The notes under the pieces were generated by a model. The model was given only the letters and a program-made list of their open reading frames with translations, searched no databases and was not told the origin of the DNA. A stretch of DNA of 62,314 nt, filler included, from Squatina squatina (lineage: Eukaryota), in assembly GCA_031763465.1 (NCBI GenBank). It is 3 parts of 3 records of this genome, joined end to end, with 100 filler letters (N's around TTAATTAATTAA, not from the genome) between each part and the next. Parts side by side here need not be neighbours in the genome. Positions count along the whole stretch, not along the records: positions 43,384 to 62,314 come from JARFOE010000073.1; 2 more parts are not named here. The stretch is one strand, 5' to 3'. This document shows positions 48,148 through 61,044 of the stretch, piece by piece. A program made the position numbers and the translations under genes. Positions within the stretch are counted from its first letter, which is position 1. Each line of letters opens with the position of its first letter.

Positions 48148-49170
48148 GATCCTCGTGGGACACCACAAGTGACTTCTTTCCAATTCGAGTATATACCCAT
48201 TATCCCTATTTTCTGTCGTCTACCGCCTCATCAATCTCCTAACAAGGTCAATAATTTGCCTTCAATTCCATGAGTTTTGATTTCCTTCTGGAAGTCCATA
48301 TAAACTATATCCATAGACATTCCCTTACCTACTACTTTAATTACTGCCTCCAAAAATTCAATTAGGTTCATTAGACATGACCTACCCTTTACAAATCCTT
48401 GTTGGTTTTCTCTAATCAGCTTAGATACTAACTTGTTCTTAATGATAGATTCCAGTAACTTCTCCGCAACAGATGTTAGACGAACAAGTCTATCATTCCC
48501 TGGTTTCTCTCTCATATCTTTCTGAAACAATGGAGTTACATTTGCAGTTTTCCAATCTAAAGGGACAATTCCTGAAATAAGAGAGCTTTGTAAGATTATG
48601 GCTAAAGTATCTGCAATTTCCTCACCTACTTTCTTAAAACCCTGGGGTGGAAGCCATCAGATCCTGAGGATTTGTCAGTCTTTCGTGTCATTATTTTTTC
48701 TAGTGCTGTTTCCTTGCTTACACTAACTTTAGTGAGTTCCAGCCCTTGATTCATCATTAGTTTCCATGGAACGTCAGGTATAATATCCCCTTCCTCTACT
48801 GTGAAGACTGACACAAAGCAATTACTCAACAAGTCTGCCAATATTACCCGCATCTGTTTTTAAAGAGCCCACATTACTCTTGACTAACCTTTTCCTTCCA
48901 ATATAATTGTAAAAACATTTTGTGTTAATCTTGATATCCCTCGCAAATTTATTTTCATATTCCCTGCTGTTATTATCTTGTTTGTATTCCTTAGCTGTTC
49001 TTTATAACTCTCCCAGTCCCCTGGATCTACACTATTCTTTGCACTATTCTTTCCTTTAGTTTTACATTATCTCAACTCTTTTGTCAACCATGGCTGTTTT
49101 ATTTGGTAAATAGAGCCCATGCCCCTTGGGGGTATATACTGGTCCTGCATTAAGCTAAATTCTTTTTTGA
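48148..49170 (-). mobile_element. CR1 LINE ORF2 fragment including the N-terminal half of RT, frameshifted
   Basis: DKSSGSDGFHPRVLRK; KPGNDRLVRLTSVAEKLLESIIK; QQGFVKGRSCLMNLIEF..DIVYMDFQK; WKEVTCGVPRGS. Confidence 0.92.
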
Positions 49171-49184
49171 AAACTTTTGAAAAC

Positions 49185-49431
49185 TCGTCTCTGAGTCAGA
49201 AGGTTGTGGGTTCAACTCTTACTCCAGTGACTTGAACACAAAAACCTAGGCTGACACTCCAGTGACCATAAAACCATAAGGAATAGGAACAGGAGTAGGC
49301 CATTCGGCCCCTCGAGCCTGCTCGATCAGTGAGATCATGGCTGATCTGATATTCGCCTCAACTCCACTTTCCTGCCTGTTCCCCATAACCTTTGACTCCC
49401 TTGCTGATCAAAAATCTGTCTGTCTCAGCCT
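49185..49431. mobile_element. SINE head (+, 49185-49265) truncated by a CR1 3' end (-, 49267-49431)
   Basis: ctctgagtcagaaggttgtgggttcaa..actccag..acttga..gctgacactccagtg, then ataggaacaggagtaggccattcggcccctcgagcctg. Confidence 0.75.
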
Positions 49432-49531
49432 NNNNNNNNNNNNNNNNNNNNNNNNNNNNNNNNNNNNNNNNNNNNNNNNNNNNNNNNNNNNNNNNNNNNN
49501 NNNNNNNNNNNNNNNNNNNNNNNNNNNNNNN

Positions 49532-50090
49532 AGAGACACAATACTTCCTTTTGTCCCAGAAGAAGTCGACAAGCATCTTCTGTATTTTAGCGACAAACGT
49601 CGGGGGAGGGACTAAAGGAACCAGCCGGTAACTCAACATGGCGGCCACCAGCTGGTTTATGACCAACAGTCGACCCCTGTTGGAGAGCACTTGGAGCAGT
49701 CCTGTGCAGCGTCCCAGGCGAGCACCAACTTTGGCCTCCAGCTCTTGCCAGCCAGGCTTCCTTGGTAGGGCTGAGGTGGACTCCCAGGTAGAAGAGATTG
49801 GTGGTGCTCCAGGCGAAAAGCCTGAACTCCTCCAGCAGGGAGTTCGCCCGCCACTGACCCACCAGGAGTCCGGAACATTTCTCCCAATTGATTCTGGCAG
49901 AGGATGCGGCTGAGTAAATCGTCTGGCACTCGCGCATCCTCCTCAGGTCAATGGCATCGGTGACCATGAAGAGCACGCCATTGGCGTAAGCTGAGAGGCC
50001 CACCTCCATGCCCAGCCCTTGCAAAGCCAGTCCCGTCAGCCTCTTCCGCAGGAGGGACAGTAAAGGCTCTACACAGATGGAATAAAACTG
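49532..50090 (-). mobile_element. L1/Tx1-clade retrotransposon RT fragment, degenerate
   Basis: YSICVEPLLSLLRKRLTG..LSAYANGV (decayed YADD)..YSAASSARINWEKCSGL..YLGVHL and LSNRGRLLVINQLVAAMLSY, typical of Tx1 ORF2. Confidence 0.85.
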
Positions 50091-50265
50091 NNNNNNNNNN
50101 NNNNNNNNNNNNNNNNNNNNNNNNNNNNNNNNNNNNNNNNNNNNNNNNNNNNNNNNNNNNNNNNNNNNNNNNNNNNNNNNNNNNNNNNNNCTCTCACTCA
50201 TACTCACATTCTCACTCTCACTCTCTCACTCACACATTTACTCACACTCTCACACACACTCACAG

Positions 50266-50535
50266 TAGGGTGACCAGATTTTGGGAAGGCAAAACTTGGA
50301 CAAAACTTACCTGCCAGCTGCATGGATAAACTCCTCCGAGACCGCACATGCACAGTTCAGGATCCTCCGAGACCGCGCATGCGCAGTCCAGACTCCTCGG
50401 AGACTGCGCATGCGCAGTCAGGTCTCCGTCCCAAACTGGGACATTTGAGGCTTTTTCAAAGAATTGTTGGGACACCAGGATGTTTGGGTAAAAACCGGGC
50501 CTGTCCCAGCAAAACCGGGATGTCTGGTCATCCTA
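50266..50535. mobile_element. Complete non-autonomous hAT element (Blackjack/MER81-MER94-like ends), 270 bp, with 8-bp TSD
   Basis: TIRs TAGGGTGACCAGA (50266-50278) and TCTGGTCATCCTA (50523-50535), one mismatch; identical flanks ACTCACAG at 50258-50265 and 50536-50543. Confidence 0.9.
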
Positions 50536-51296
50536 ACTCACAGCCCTCAGACACATGCTGGGAACGGGCCATACGGCAGTCAGGAGACAGCTGGGTGGAT
50601 GACCGGTAAATTAAAGAATCCCCAAACCAAAGTGCCATTGCTATTTTATGCAGTAAATTCTCCGCTGAAGCCCAGTAAAAGGAGAAGCCATTGATAAATG
50701 GTTAACATCTACGTGTTAAGTTGGTCGCTTGGTTTTTCTAGACATGTAAAGTATGTTATTACAGTCTGAATGAACAACTGTGAGACCCCTCGGGGTGTTT
50801 CTGGCACTCTGCTCTAATTAATCAGCTGACTCTCCCTTGCTGTACAGTGAGATTGGAGATTGCAGCTTTAGTAATTAAAACCCTGTCAGCAGCTACACGA
50901 CTTGTTTGCCTTCCAAACTACAAGGCTGGCAATAATAATGGAATCAATTAACATTCGTCAGGAGCTATTTTGCTGAGCGCCGTTGTTCAGGCATGGTTGC
51001 TACAGCTGGGCCTCATGGCGTGTTGGCCCTTTCCTAGCTCAGGCCTCACAGCGTGACTAGGCCACAATGCTCTTGCCATTTGCTTCCATAATGCTGAAGC
51101 CTGACTGCTGGTNNNNNNNNNNNNNNNNNNNNNNNNNNNNNNNNNNNNNNNNNNNNNNNNNNNNNNNNNNNNNNNNNNNNNNNNNNNNNNNNNNNNNNNN
51201 NNNNNNNNNNNNAAGAAGAAAACATGTCCCTCCATCTCATGACTTTTCCTTCTCTCAGTTTCAGTGTATGACCAAGTCTAGCTCGAGCTGGGAACC

Positions 51297-51425
51297 ATGG
51301 CTGAAAAACAGCAACCTCCTCTAATGAAAAAGCACAGCCAAACTGACCTGGTGAGCCGGCTGAAGAGCAGGAAAATCCTCGGTGTAGGCGGAGAGGACGA
51401 TGATGGAGAGATTCACAGGTCAAAG
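51297..51425 (+). CDS. TP53I11: Tumor protein p53-inducible protein 11 (PIG11), first coding exon
   Basis: accATGG Kozak; [43 protein letters not shown] |GTAACG; compare human [43 protein letters not shown]. Acceptor tract ttttccttctctcag/tttcag at 51244-51264. Confidence 0.95.
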
Positions 51426-54134
51426 GTAACGACTTTTGTGCCCTTTTTTAAGGCATGTTGCTGGGACCTCTCAGAGTGATGAGTTCACCTTGGGTACCAC
51501 TTGGGAATAAGATCATAAGAATTGCTAGTGCAGGAACAAGCCATTTAAGCTGGTTCTATTTCAGAGGCCCACTTCTCCTCATATCCCTTTTTCCAGTAAT
51601 ATATCCCATTGTTTCCCAAACCCGTTAACATAGTCTGCTTCATTGGCTTTCCGAGGTAACTTGTTCTACAACTCTTGCTGATTAGTGTTGGAAATTCCTC
51701 CCTACTCCTCATTTGCTCATTTTAACTTGTGTCTAATTATATTTGAGCCCTTCATCACTTGGATCCGTTTTGCCAATTCCTTTCATAATCTGGAAATGTC
51801 AATTAGATCCACTTGAACTTTCCTGCATTGCAGGTCAGATGTGGGGACTCTTCACCATCTCTTGTCTCAGGAATGCCACACAGCAGTTTCACTTCTCACC
51901 CTGGACAACAATCCCACATTATTCTCTGGTTTGCTGTCCCTATTAAAAGTTGGAGTAGTCCCAATAGCCCAGTGAATAGCTGAGGATTCCCACTTTTGAT
52001 ATCTATCCAGCAATCGCTGTTGAGTGAAAACTGGATCGGGCTCAGCTGTGATGCCTCTGTAGTCAAAGAGCTCGCCAATGCTCATTGTTAAATCCTACAG
52101 ATCAATAAAGGATACTTGGGTTAGGACTGGAGATTGATCAGCAATGGTGGAACAGTACCTCAGCAAGGAGTCAACCCTGGGGAGGGGAAGGGGAAAAGGA
52201 GCAAATTGGCAAAGGAGAGGGGAAACTAATGTCCTCATGGGGAGGTTAACTAGTGCTGTGAGGAAGGGTTTAAACTAATTTGGCAGAGGGAGGGGCACCA
52301 AGATGAANNNNNNNNNNNNNNNNNNNNNNNNNNNNNNNNNNNNNNNNNNNNNNNNNNNNNNNNNNNNNNNNNNNNNNNNNNNNNNNNNNNNNNNNNNNNN
52401 NNNNNNNCCGTTAAAGGTGCTATATAAATGCGACTTGTTATTGAAGACTCCATTCATTTTATTCTATCATAAAAACATTACGAGGTCATTTGCACGTGAT
52501 GTCATCTGAACAGAGATGGTTCTAAGCTGCTCCGCCTTCCCTTTAGTACTGAAGCAGTCAGCTCTATCCTGTCACATTAACTGTAGCCCTTGGCAATAAA
52601 TCAGGAGAGGTTTCTCATAATGAAGACACAAAAGTTTATAAACATAGGCTAGTGTGTTAATTCTTCCCAAAAGATGAATTTGTAATCATTTACGTTCCAT
52701 TCATAACGGTATAAATATTCAGTCTGCCTCAGTCTCCTGATTTATGAAGCTACATTTTCTCCAGAATGAGCTTGATTAACATTGTACTTCTGATTGCTAC
52801 ATTTCATTCCTTTCACTCTGCCCTAGTAACATGCAGTTACACCCACACATCACTTTTCTATCTTTTGAAATGTTTCCATTCTCCTCATTTCCCAACTTGC
52901 TGCTTCTTCTTAATCCATGTTTCCCTGTATTTGTTGAGCNNNNNNNNNNNNNNNNNNNNNNNNNNNNNNNNNNNNNNNNNNNNNNNNNNNNNNNNNNNNN
53001 NNNNNNNNNNNNNNNNNNNNNNNNNNNNNNNNNNNNNNNCTGCTTGTAAAGTGTCAAACTCTATTTGCCAAATAAATTCTGCAGTGGGATTCATTCTTCA
53101 ATGAGAAAGTGAAATAGTAAGCACCACAAGCACTTCAGACAAAACCTGCCTTGGTGACCTGAGCAAGCATATCATTCATAAATGCACATCAGTGTGAAAA
53201 TTAACACAACAGCAAAAAAATGTAGCCACTGTTGTTCAGGCTTACCTGTTTGAATTACTTCAGCACGCAGGAGCCTCAGTGAAATTTCAATTATTCCTGT
53301 CAGCTTCTGACTTCATAAAACATTTACAATTAAGATGTGTTGGCAGGACCTTCAAGTGCAGGTTGTTGAGGGAGAGGCAACGGTTCGATACTAGTCCTTG
53401 TGAGAAAAGCCTGTGTCCTTTTCTCTCAGTCGCACAGGATTCAGCTGCTTTGTGCACTGACAGCTCATCTCATTCACATACTCAGAATCCAGCAGCTTAA
53501 GCAGCAGCCCTGCCTCCTGGCAGGAAGCTGTATGTCACAATTTCTAACTAATCTCACATGACTGCCTGAGAGAGAATGAGTGAGAGTGGACTGTAGCTCA
53601 GACGTGCCATGAAGGAGGAGAGGAGGATGCCTCCAGCTTCAGAAAAGCAGCGAGCACTTCCAAAGCCATGCAGCTCTGTCAGAACAATCATGGCTGTGTG
53701 TGTGCGAGAGAGACAGAAGATCATTTAATTACAGGCTTCCTGCGTTCTTGCAGTGCTGGTCTGGTCACTGTGCCATTAATAATTCCAGCCAGTGAACAAA
53801 TCTGCCATCCACTTTTAAATGCCCTGGGGCTCAATGTGATCATGGAATTTTAAAACTTAGGATGGAGTCCAGCCCAAACTGGGTTTATAAATCAAGAGGA
53901 GTTCCAGCAGTATAGCCAGACCCATGCTTTTGCTGCCCACCCTGTATTGCTGCTAAGCCAATATGCTTTTGTCTGTGGCCCATGAAATGTAGCAAAAAGC
54001 AAAATACTGTCAGCATAAGTTGCCTGAGAATTCAGAGACTCATGTAAAGTAAAGCCTGGACCACACACTTAGATGGCACACATCTTCTCTCAAATTTCTC
54101 ATTCCAACATTTGTCCTTTTTTCTATTTACTTGC

Positions 54135-54676
54135 AGGAGAAAGCTCCACATAACAGAACCAACACAAGAGAATAACTTACTTGACCTCATCTTAATCAAT
54201 GTATCTGTTGCAGATGTGACTGTCCTTAAGAGCATTGGTCAGAGTCACCACAACACAGTCCTTGTGGAGAACAAGTCCCATCTTCACACTGAGGATACCC
54301 TCCATCGTGTTGTGTGTCACTACCACCGTACTAAATGGGATAGATTCAGAACAGATCTAGCAGCTCAAAACTGAGCATCCATGAGGCACTGTGGGCCATC
54401 GTCATCAGCAGACTTTTATTCCACTGCAATCTGTAACCTCATGGCCCGGCATATCCCTCACTCTGCCATTGTCATCAAGCCAGGGAACCAACCCTGGTTC
54501 AATGCGGAATGTAGAAAAGCATACTGGGAGCAGCACCAAGCATTCCTGAAAATGAGGTGCCAACCTGGGGAAGCTGCAACACAGGACGACATGCATGCTA
54601 AACAGTGGAAGCAGCATGTTATAGACAGGCCTAAGCGATTCCATAATCAACGGATCAGATCAAAGCTTTGCAGTCC
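54135..54676 (+). mobile_element. LINE ORF2 fragment (endonuclease end plus linker; CR1/L2 group, family unassigned)
   Basis: TEPTQENNLLDLILIN..IGQSHHNTV (decayed LDL..SDH motif), WDRFRTDLAAQN*, and NQPWFNAECRKA. Confidence 0.8.
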
Positions 54677-54776
54677 NNNNNNNNNNNNNNNNNNNNNNNN
54701 NNNNNNNNNNNNNNNNNNNNNNNNNNNNNNNNNNNNNNNNNNNNNNNNNNNNNNNNNNNNNNNNNNNNNNNNNNNN

Positions 54777-56109
54777 CAAAGTGTGAAAAATCTAAGTTAA
54801 ATGATCAAGATGGTCCGGGAAAGTCACTTATTAAGAAAAATATGACGATGATTATGTAAAATATGGTTTTACATGCATGGGTGATCAAGAGTGTCCAAAA
54901 TCACGGTGCATAATTTGTGGTGATGTTCTAGCAAACAGCAGCCTCAAACCCTTCTCTACTTCGGCGGCATTTAGAAACTAGGCACCCCACACATCTCAAC
55001 AAGACTGTTGATTTTTTCAAGTGAAAATTAGTCGAGTGGAAAAGTGACATTACCAGTTTTGTATCCAAAGCAAGCACTGAGAATGAAAATGCACTTGAAG
55101 TATCGTACCGAGTGAGCTACAGAGTAGCAAAAGCTTTAGAAGCCCTTACCATAGCAGAGAACTTGACTGTATACAAGACATAGTTCAGTGCATGTGTGGA
55201 GAAAAGGTTGCAAAAAAGACTGATATGGTGCCTTTGTCCAATAATACATTGTCGCGGAGAATTAATGGCATGTCAAGTAATGTTGAGACAATTGTCCAGA
55301 GAATGAAAAATAGTCCATATTATGCTATATAGTTGGATGAATCAACTGATCTTGCTACTCGAGCTATTTTGCTAGTGTTTATGCATTATGTAAATGTAAA
55401 GGTACGGTTGAAGAAGAATTGTTGTTTTGCCATCCATTGAAATCACGTACAACTGGAGAAGATATCTTCAATCTGACTACAGCATATTTTCAAGAAAATG
55501 AAATAGATTGGTCTCATTGCCGAGGCAGCTGCACTGATGGGGCCATATCAATGATGGGCAAGTATACCAGATTTGTAGCTCAAACAAAAAAGGTTGCATC
55601 AAACAACTCTTGGACTCATTGCAGTATCCATAGACAAGTTCTCGCGGCAAAACGCATGCCTGAGAGACTGAAGGAAGTGCTGGTTAATGCAGTGAAAATA
55701 GTGAATTTCATAAAATCACAGCCAACAAATTCCAGAATATTTCAGGCACTTTGTGAAGAAATGGGTAGTGTACACAATAGTCTGTGGACCCATACCAAAG
55801 TTAGATGGCTCTCACTGGGCAAAATCCTTGTGCGCTTGTTTGAGCTTAGAGCGGAAATCCTAGTTTTTTTTCTACAACCACCTCGTCAGCTGCATGAAAA
55901 ATCATGTCTGGCTCCAGAGTCTAGCTAGTTAGCAGATATTTTCTCGAGGATCAATGACCTAAATTTATCTCTTCAAGGCCTCAATATAACAATTATCAAC
56001 GTGCGAGACCGAGTTGAATCTATGATAAAAAAAAGTTGGAGTTCTGGGAAAGGTGTTTGGAAAACAACCAAACTGAGTGTTTCAGTACTCTTCATGACTT
56101 CCTGGCAGA
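54777..56109 (+). mobile_element. Decayed hAT-Charlie/Buster (ZBED5/ZBED8/FAM200-like) transposase, 5' part
   Basis: BED finger YGFT..CIICGDVLANSSLKP..LRRHLETRH; LDESTD (first catalytic Asp region); CTDGAISM; WTHCSIHRQVLA; HTKVRWLSLGK. Several stops and frameshifts. Confidence 0.9.
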
Positions 56110-56209
56110 NNNNNNNNNNNNNNNNNNNNNNNNNNNNNNNNNNNNNNNNNNNNNNNNNNNNNNNNNNNNNNNNNNNNNNNNNNNNNNNNNNNNNNNNNNN
56201 NNNNNNNNN

Positions 56210-57015
<806 letters not shown>

Positions 57016-57321
57016 GTACATTGAAACTTCAGTTTAACTACAAGTTTAGGCTTAATCAAAGTGATACAAGTTACAAAAGTGAAATCTTGGAAGAGTGTTG
57101 CTGTTTTCATAATGTAATAAAATTAATAATGTAATGATAGATAATAATGTAATAATAAATATAATGTAATAAAAGTGTCATAAGAAAAACAAATTTTATA
57201 TTTCCATGATCACTGATTTTANNNNNNNNNNNNNNNNNNNNNNNNNNNNNNNNNNNNNNNNNNNNNNNNNNNNNNNNNNNNNNNNNNNNNNNNNNNNNNN
57301 NNNNNNNNNNNNNNNNNNNNN

Positions 57322-58045
57322 CTCTCTTGTATTCTCTCGTTCTCTCTCTCATGTTCTCTCTGTCTCTCTCTCGTGTTCTCTCTGTCTCTCTCTCGTGTTC
57401 TCTGTGTCTCTCTCTCGTGTTCTCTGTCTCTCTCTCTCTCTCTGTCTCTCGTGTTCTCTCTCTCTCTCTCTCTCGTGTTCTCTCTGGTGTCTCTCTCTCT
57501 CGTGTTCTCTCTGGTGTCTCTATCTCTCGTGTTCTCTCTGGTGTTCGCTCTCTCGTGTTCCCTCTGTCTCTCGTGTTCTCTGTCTCTCGTGTTCTCTGTC
57601 TCTCTTGTTCTCTGTCTCTCGTGTTCTCTCTGTCTCTCTCTCTCGTGTTCTCTCTCTGGTGTTCTCTCTGTCGTTCTCTCTGTCGTGTTCTCTCTCTGGT
57701 GTTCTCTCTGTCGTTCTCTCTGTCGTGTTCTCTCTGTGTCTCTCTCTCCCGTGTTCTCTCTGTCTCTCTGGTGTTCTCTCTGTCTCTCTGGTGTTCTCTC
57801 TCTCGTGTTCTCCCTGGTGTTCTCTCTCTCGTGTTCTCCCTGGTGTTCTCTCTCTCGTGTTCTCTCTGTCTCCCATGTTCTCTCTCTTTCTCTCTCTTTC
57901 TCTTTCTCGTGTTCTCTCTGTCTCGCTCTCTCGTGTTCTCTCTACCTCGTGTTCTCTCTGTCTCTCTCTCTCTCTCGCTCTCGCTCTCGTGTTCTCTCTG
58001 TCTCTCTCTCGTGTTCTCTCTGTCTCTCTCTCGTGTTCTCCCTGT
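57322..58045. repeat. Compound (TC)n simple repeat punctuated by TCGTGTTC/TGGTGTTC
   Basis: The whole contig is a pyrimidine-rich repeat nearly devoid of A on the + strand. Confidence 0.95.
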
Positions 58046-59019
58046 NNNNNNNNNNNNNNNNNNNNNNNNNNNNNNNNNNNNNNNNNNNNNNNNNNNNNNN
58101 NNNNNNNNNNNNNNNNNNNNNNNNNNNNNNNNNNNNNNNNNNNNNCCCCAGCCAGGGGAAACATCCTCCCTGCATCTACCCTGTCGAGCCCTGTAAAAAT
58201 GTTATATGTTTGTATGTTAAAACTGCAGATGATTGGTCTTTATGTTTTATATATACACATTATATATTTATTTCATTTATGAACATATTTTATTTCTATT
58301 CCTAGTTGAAAATAGAATAATAGTGTGGGTGGGGGTGGAATTTTACCTCCTCGATTGACAGGTACAGCTGAGTGAGCAGTTAATATGGAGTGGCTCCATT
58401 TCCTGCCCTGTTCCCGCCAATTAACAATTTTAACGCAGCTGGGTTTGGCAGTGAACAAGGCACTGCTGGACTCTGACCAGAGTCTCATGCATAACTGCTA
58501 CTCAGGGAGCTATGATGGCAATAATACCCAATGGCATTTTAACCCTGCCCTGGGCGGGTCGCCCACCGCTGCTTCCCCGCTCGGTGAGACTTGGTCTGAA
58601 CGCAGTGGTGACCCTCGAAGGATTTCTGCCCTATCCACGAGACCTTGGGGAACACCTTTCCCCCACTCCCCTTGTTCCCCCTACCTACCTGCATGCCAGA
58701 AAGCCTCCCCATAGTGCTAGTGGCTGGCTCTCACCTGCCATCTAGTTGCCACTTTCCTCCCATTTTGGCTGGGGTGCTGAACAGCGACATGCAGTTGAGA
58801 CCAAAGAATTAAAATACCCCGGGTCTGAAATTTATGCCAGTGGGTGCATTTCACCACACCCCCACCCCCTGGTCCACTCAAAAGATCCTGCCTCACTCCA
58901 GTTCTTGTCCACTGACTGTAATCAAAGAAGTTGATGGACAGCCTTCCAGCTAGCTGTTCCTATATATGTTTTTATGGACACCACCATCACCAACAAGCAC
59001 CTCGCATCAGTCAAGCACC

Positions 59020-59304
59020 TTGTTGAGGGAGTGCAACAAAGGTTTGCCAGACTGATTCCTGGAATGGCTGGATTGTCCTATGAGAAGAGATTGAGTAGAC
59101 TAGGCCTTATTTCTCGAGTTTAGAAGAATGAGGCGATCTCATTGAAATATACAAAATTCTTACAGGGCTTCACAAGGTAGATGCAGTGAGGATGTTTCTC
59201 CTGGCTGGGGAGTCCAGAACTAGGGGGACACAGTCTCAGAATAAGGGGTAGGCTATTTAGGACTGAGATGAGGAGAAATTTCGTCACTCAGAGGGTGGTG
59301 AATC
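59020..59304 (+). mobile_element. CR1 LINE 3' fragment
   Basis: gagggagtgcaacaaaggtttgccagactgattcctggaatg..gatctcattgaaatatacaaaattctt..ttcgtcactcagagggtggtgaatc. Confidence 0.88.
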
Positions 59305-59404
59305 NNNNNNNNNNNNNNNNNNNNNNNNNNNNNNNNNNNNNNNNNNNNNNNNNNNNNNNNNNNNNNNNNNNNNNNNNNNNNNNNNNNNNNNNNNNNNNNN
59401 NNNN

Positions 59405-60160
59405 CAGCCTTGACAAATTCAGCTGCGGGCGGCCATTTTGGGAATTGCGCATCTGATGACGTTATCTAGATCACCTAACGTGAAAATGAACGTTTCCAGC
59501 CTTACCAGGTTTGTGCCCGTTTAGCGCCATTTTTGCGGGGACCTGGATTGTCCGACACGAAATTCAACGCCATAAAACAGCGTTAAGCACTTAACGCTGA
59601 TTTAGTGCTCATTTAGCGCCAGAAAAAAAACCCGAATTGGGCGCCCCTGAACTTTGCACTCCCCAATCGTCCTTTAGCGTCACAAACACAGGGCAATCTA
59701 ATTGGGCGCCATTAGTGTCCTGTTATCACATCCTTTATGATTGATTCTAGCATTTTTCCGACTACTGATGTCAGGCTAATAGGTCTGTAGTTCCCTGTTC
59801 ACTCTCTCCCTCCTTTCTTAAATAGTTGAGTTACATTTGCTAACTTCCAATCTGCAGGAATCATTCAAGAATGTTTTGGGCGGCCAATTCGAGGTCAAAC
59901 TTCTAGCATGAAATCGGCGCAAAACTGGCATTCGGCCACTTTTAGCACTAAAACGTGGGCGCAAAATTCGGGTGCCGTTTGTGCTGGCGCTAAATGGGCA
60001 CAAAGCCCATAACGCTCGAGGCGCTAGCGTTAGTCTAAATGTGGCGCTTGGACGTCATCATTGAGCGTGCCACCCAAATTGGCCACCTGTCTAGAATTGC
60101 ACAGTGTCACTGTGCACTAAATCCGGCGGTGACAACACCTGCTTTTTTCAGCGTTGACAC
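59405..60160. mobile_element. Two CpG-rich TTAGCGCC-type repeat pieces flanking a minus-strand CR1 fragment (about 59720-59870)
   Basis: Repeated ttagcgcc/ggcgctaa/gggcgc motifs; the central piece is the reverse of CR1 KERRERVNRELQTY-type sequence (aggtctgtagttccctg, NYRPISL region). Confidence 0.55.
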
Positions 60161-60260
60161 NNNNNNNNNNNNNNNNNNNNNNNNNNNNNNNNNNNNNNNN
60201 NNNNNNNNNNNNNNNNNNNNNNNNNNNNNNNNNNNNNNNNNNNNNNNNNNNNNNNNNNNN

Positions 60261-60420
60261 AAACTACCCTTAATCTTCTAAATTCCAGGGAATACAACCC
60301 TAGTTTGTGTAATCTCTCCTCATAATTTAACCCTTGGAGTCCAGCATCGGTCTAGTAAATCTACGCTGCACTCCCTCCAAGGCCAATAAATCCTGCCTGA
60401 GATGTGGTGCCAAGAAATTC
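60261..60420 (-). mobile_element. CR1 LINE fragment
   Basis: aatctctcctcataatttaacccttggagt..tctagtaaatctacgctgcactccctccaaggcc is the reverse of ALEGVQRRFTR. Confidence 0.75.
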
Positions 60421-60537
60421 CCTTTTGAAAGTTAATATTGAATCAGCTTGCACCATTCCATCAGGCAATGGTTTCCAGATCATAACAACTTGCTGCATAA
60501 AAAAGGTTTCCTCATGTCGCCCCTGATNNNNNNNNNN

Positions 60538-61044
60538 TCAAACAAAATTTGTCATCGAACCACACAAGGAGATATTAGGACAGACGACCAAAAAGCTTGG
60601 TTTAAGAGGTAGGTTTTAAAAAGCGTTTTAAAGGCGGAGAGAGAGGTAGAAAGGTTTAGGGAGGAAATTCCAGAGCTTAGGGTGAGGCAGCTGAAAGCTC
60701 GGCCACCAGTGGTGGAGTGATTAAGTTAAGGGATGCACAAGATGCCAGAATTGGATGAGTGCAGAGATCTCGGAGGATTGTAGGCTGGTGGTGGTTACAG
60801 CGATAGGGAAGGATGAGACATGGAGGGATTTGAAAATAAGAGTGAGATTTTTTAAATTGGTGCAATGCCAGTCCAGGAGCCAATATAGGTCAGCAAGCAC
60901 AGGAGTGATGAGTGACCAGGACCTGGTACATGTCAGGATATGGCTTTTGGATGAACTCAACTTTATGGAGGCTGACCAGGAGAGTGTTGGAACAGTCAAG
61001 TCTAGAGGTAACAAAGACATGGATGATGTTTCAGCAGCAGATGA
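60538..61044 (-). mobile_element. L2 LINE 3' region
   Basis: Minus strand gtctttgttacctctagacttgactgttccaa (VFVTSRLDCSN), LITPVLADLYWL..LKNLTLIFKSLH, and ctctggaattt..cttttaaaacctacctctt. Confidence 0.85.

Noticed and set aside
57206-58305. Ser/Leu-rich or Arg/Glu-rich long ORFs
   Set aside because: Translation of the (TC)n/(GA)n repeat.
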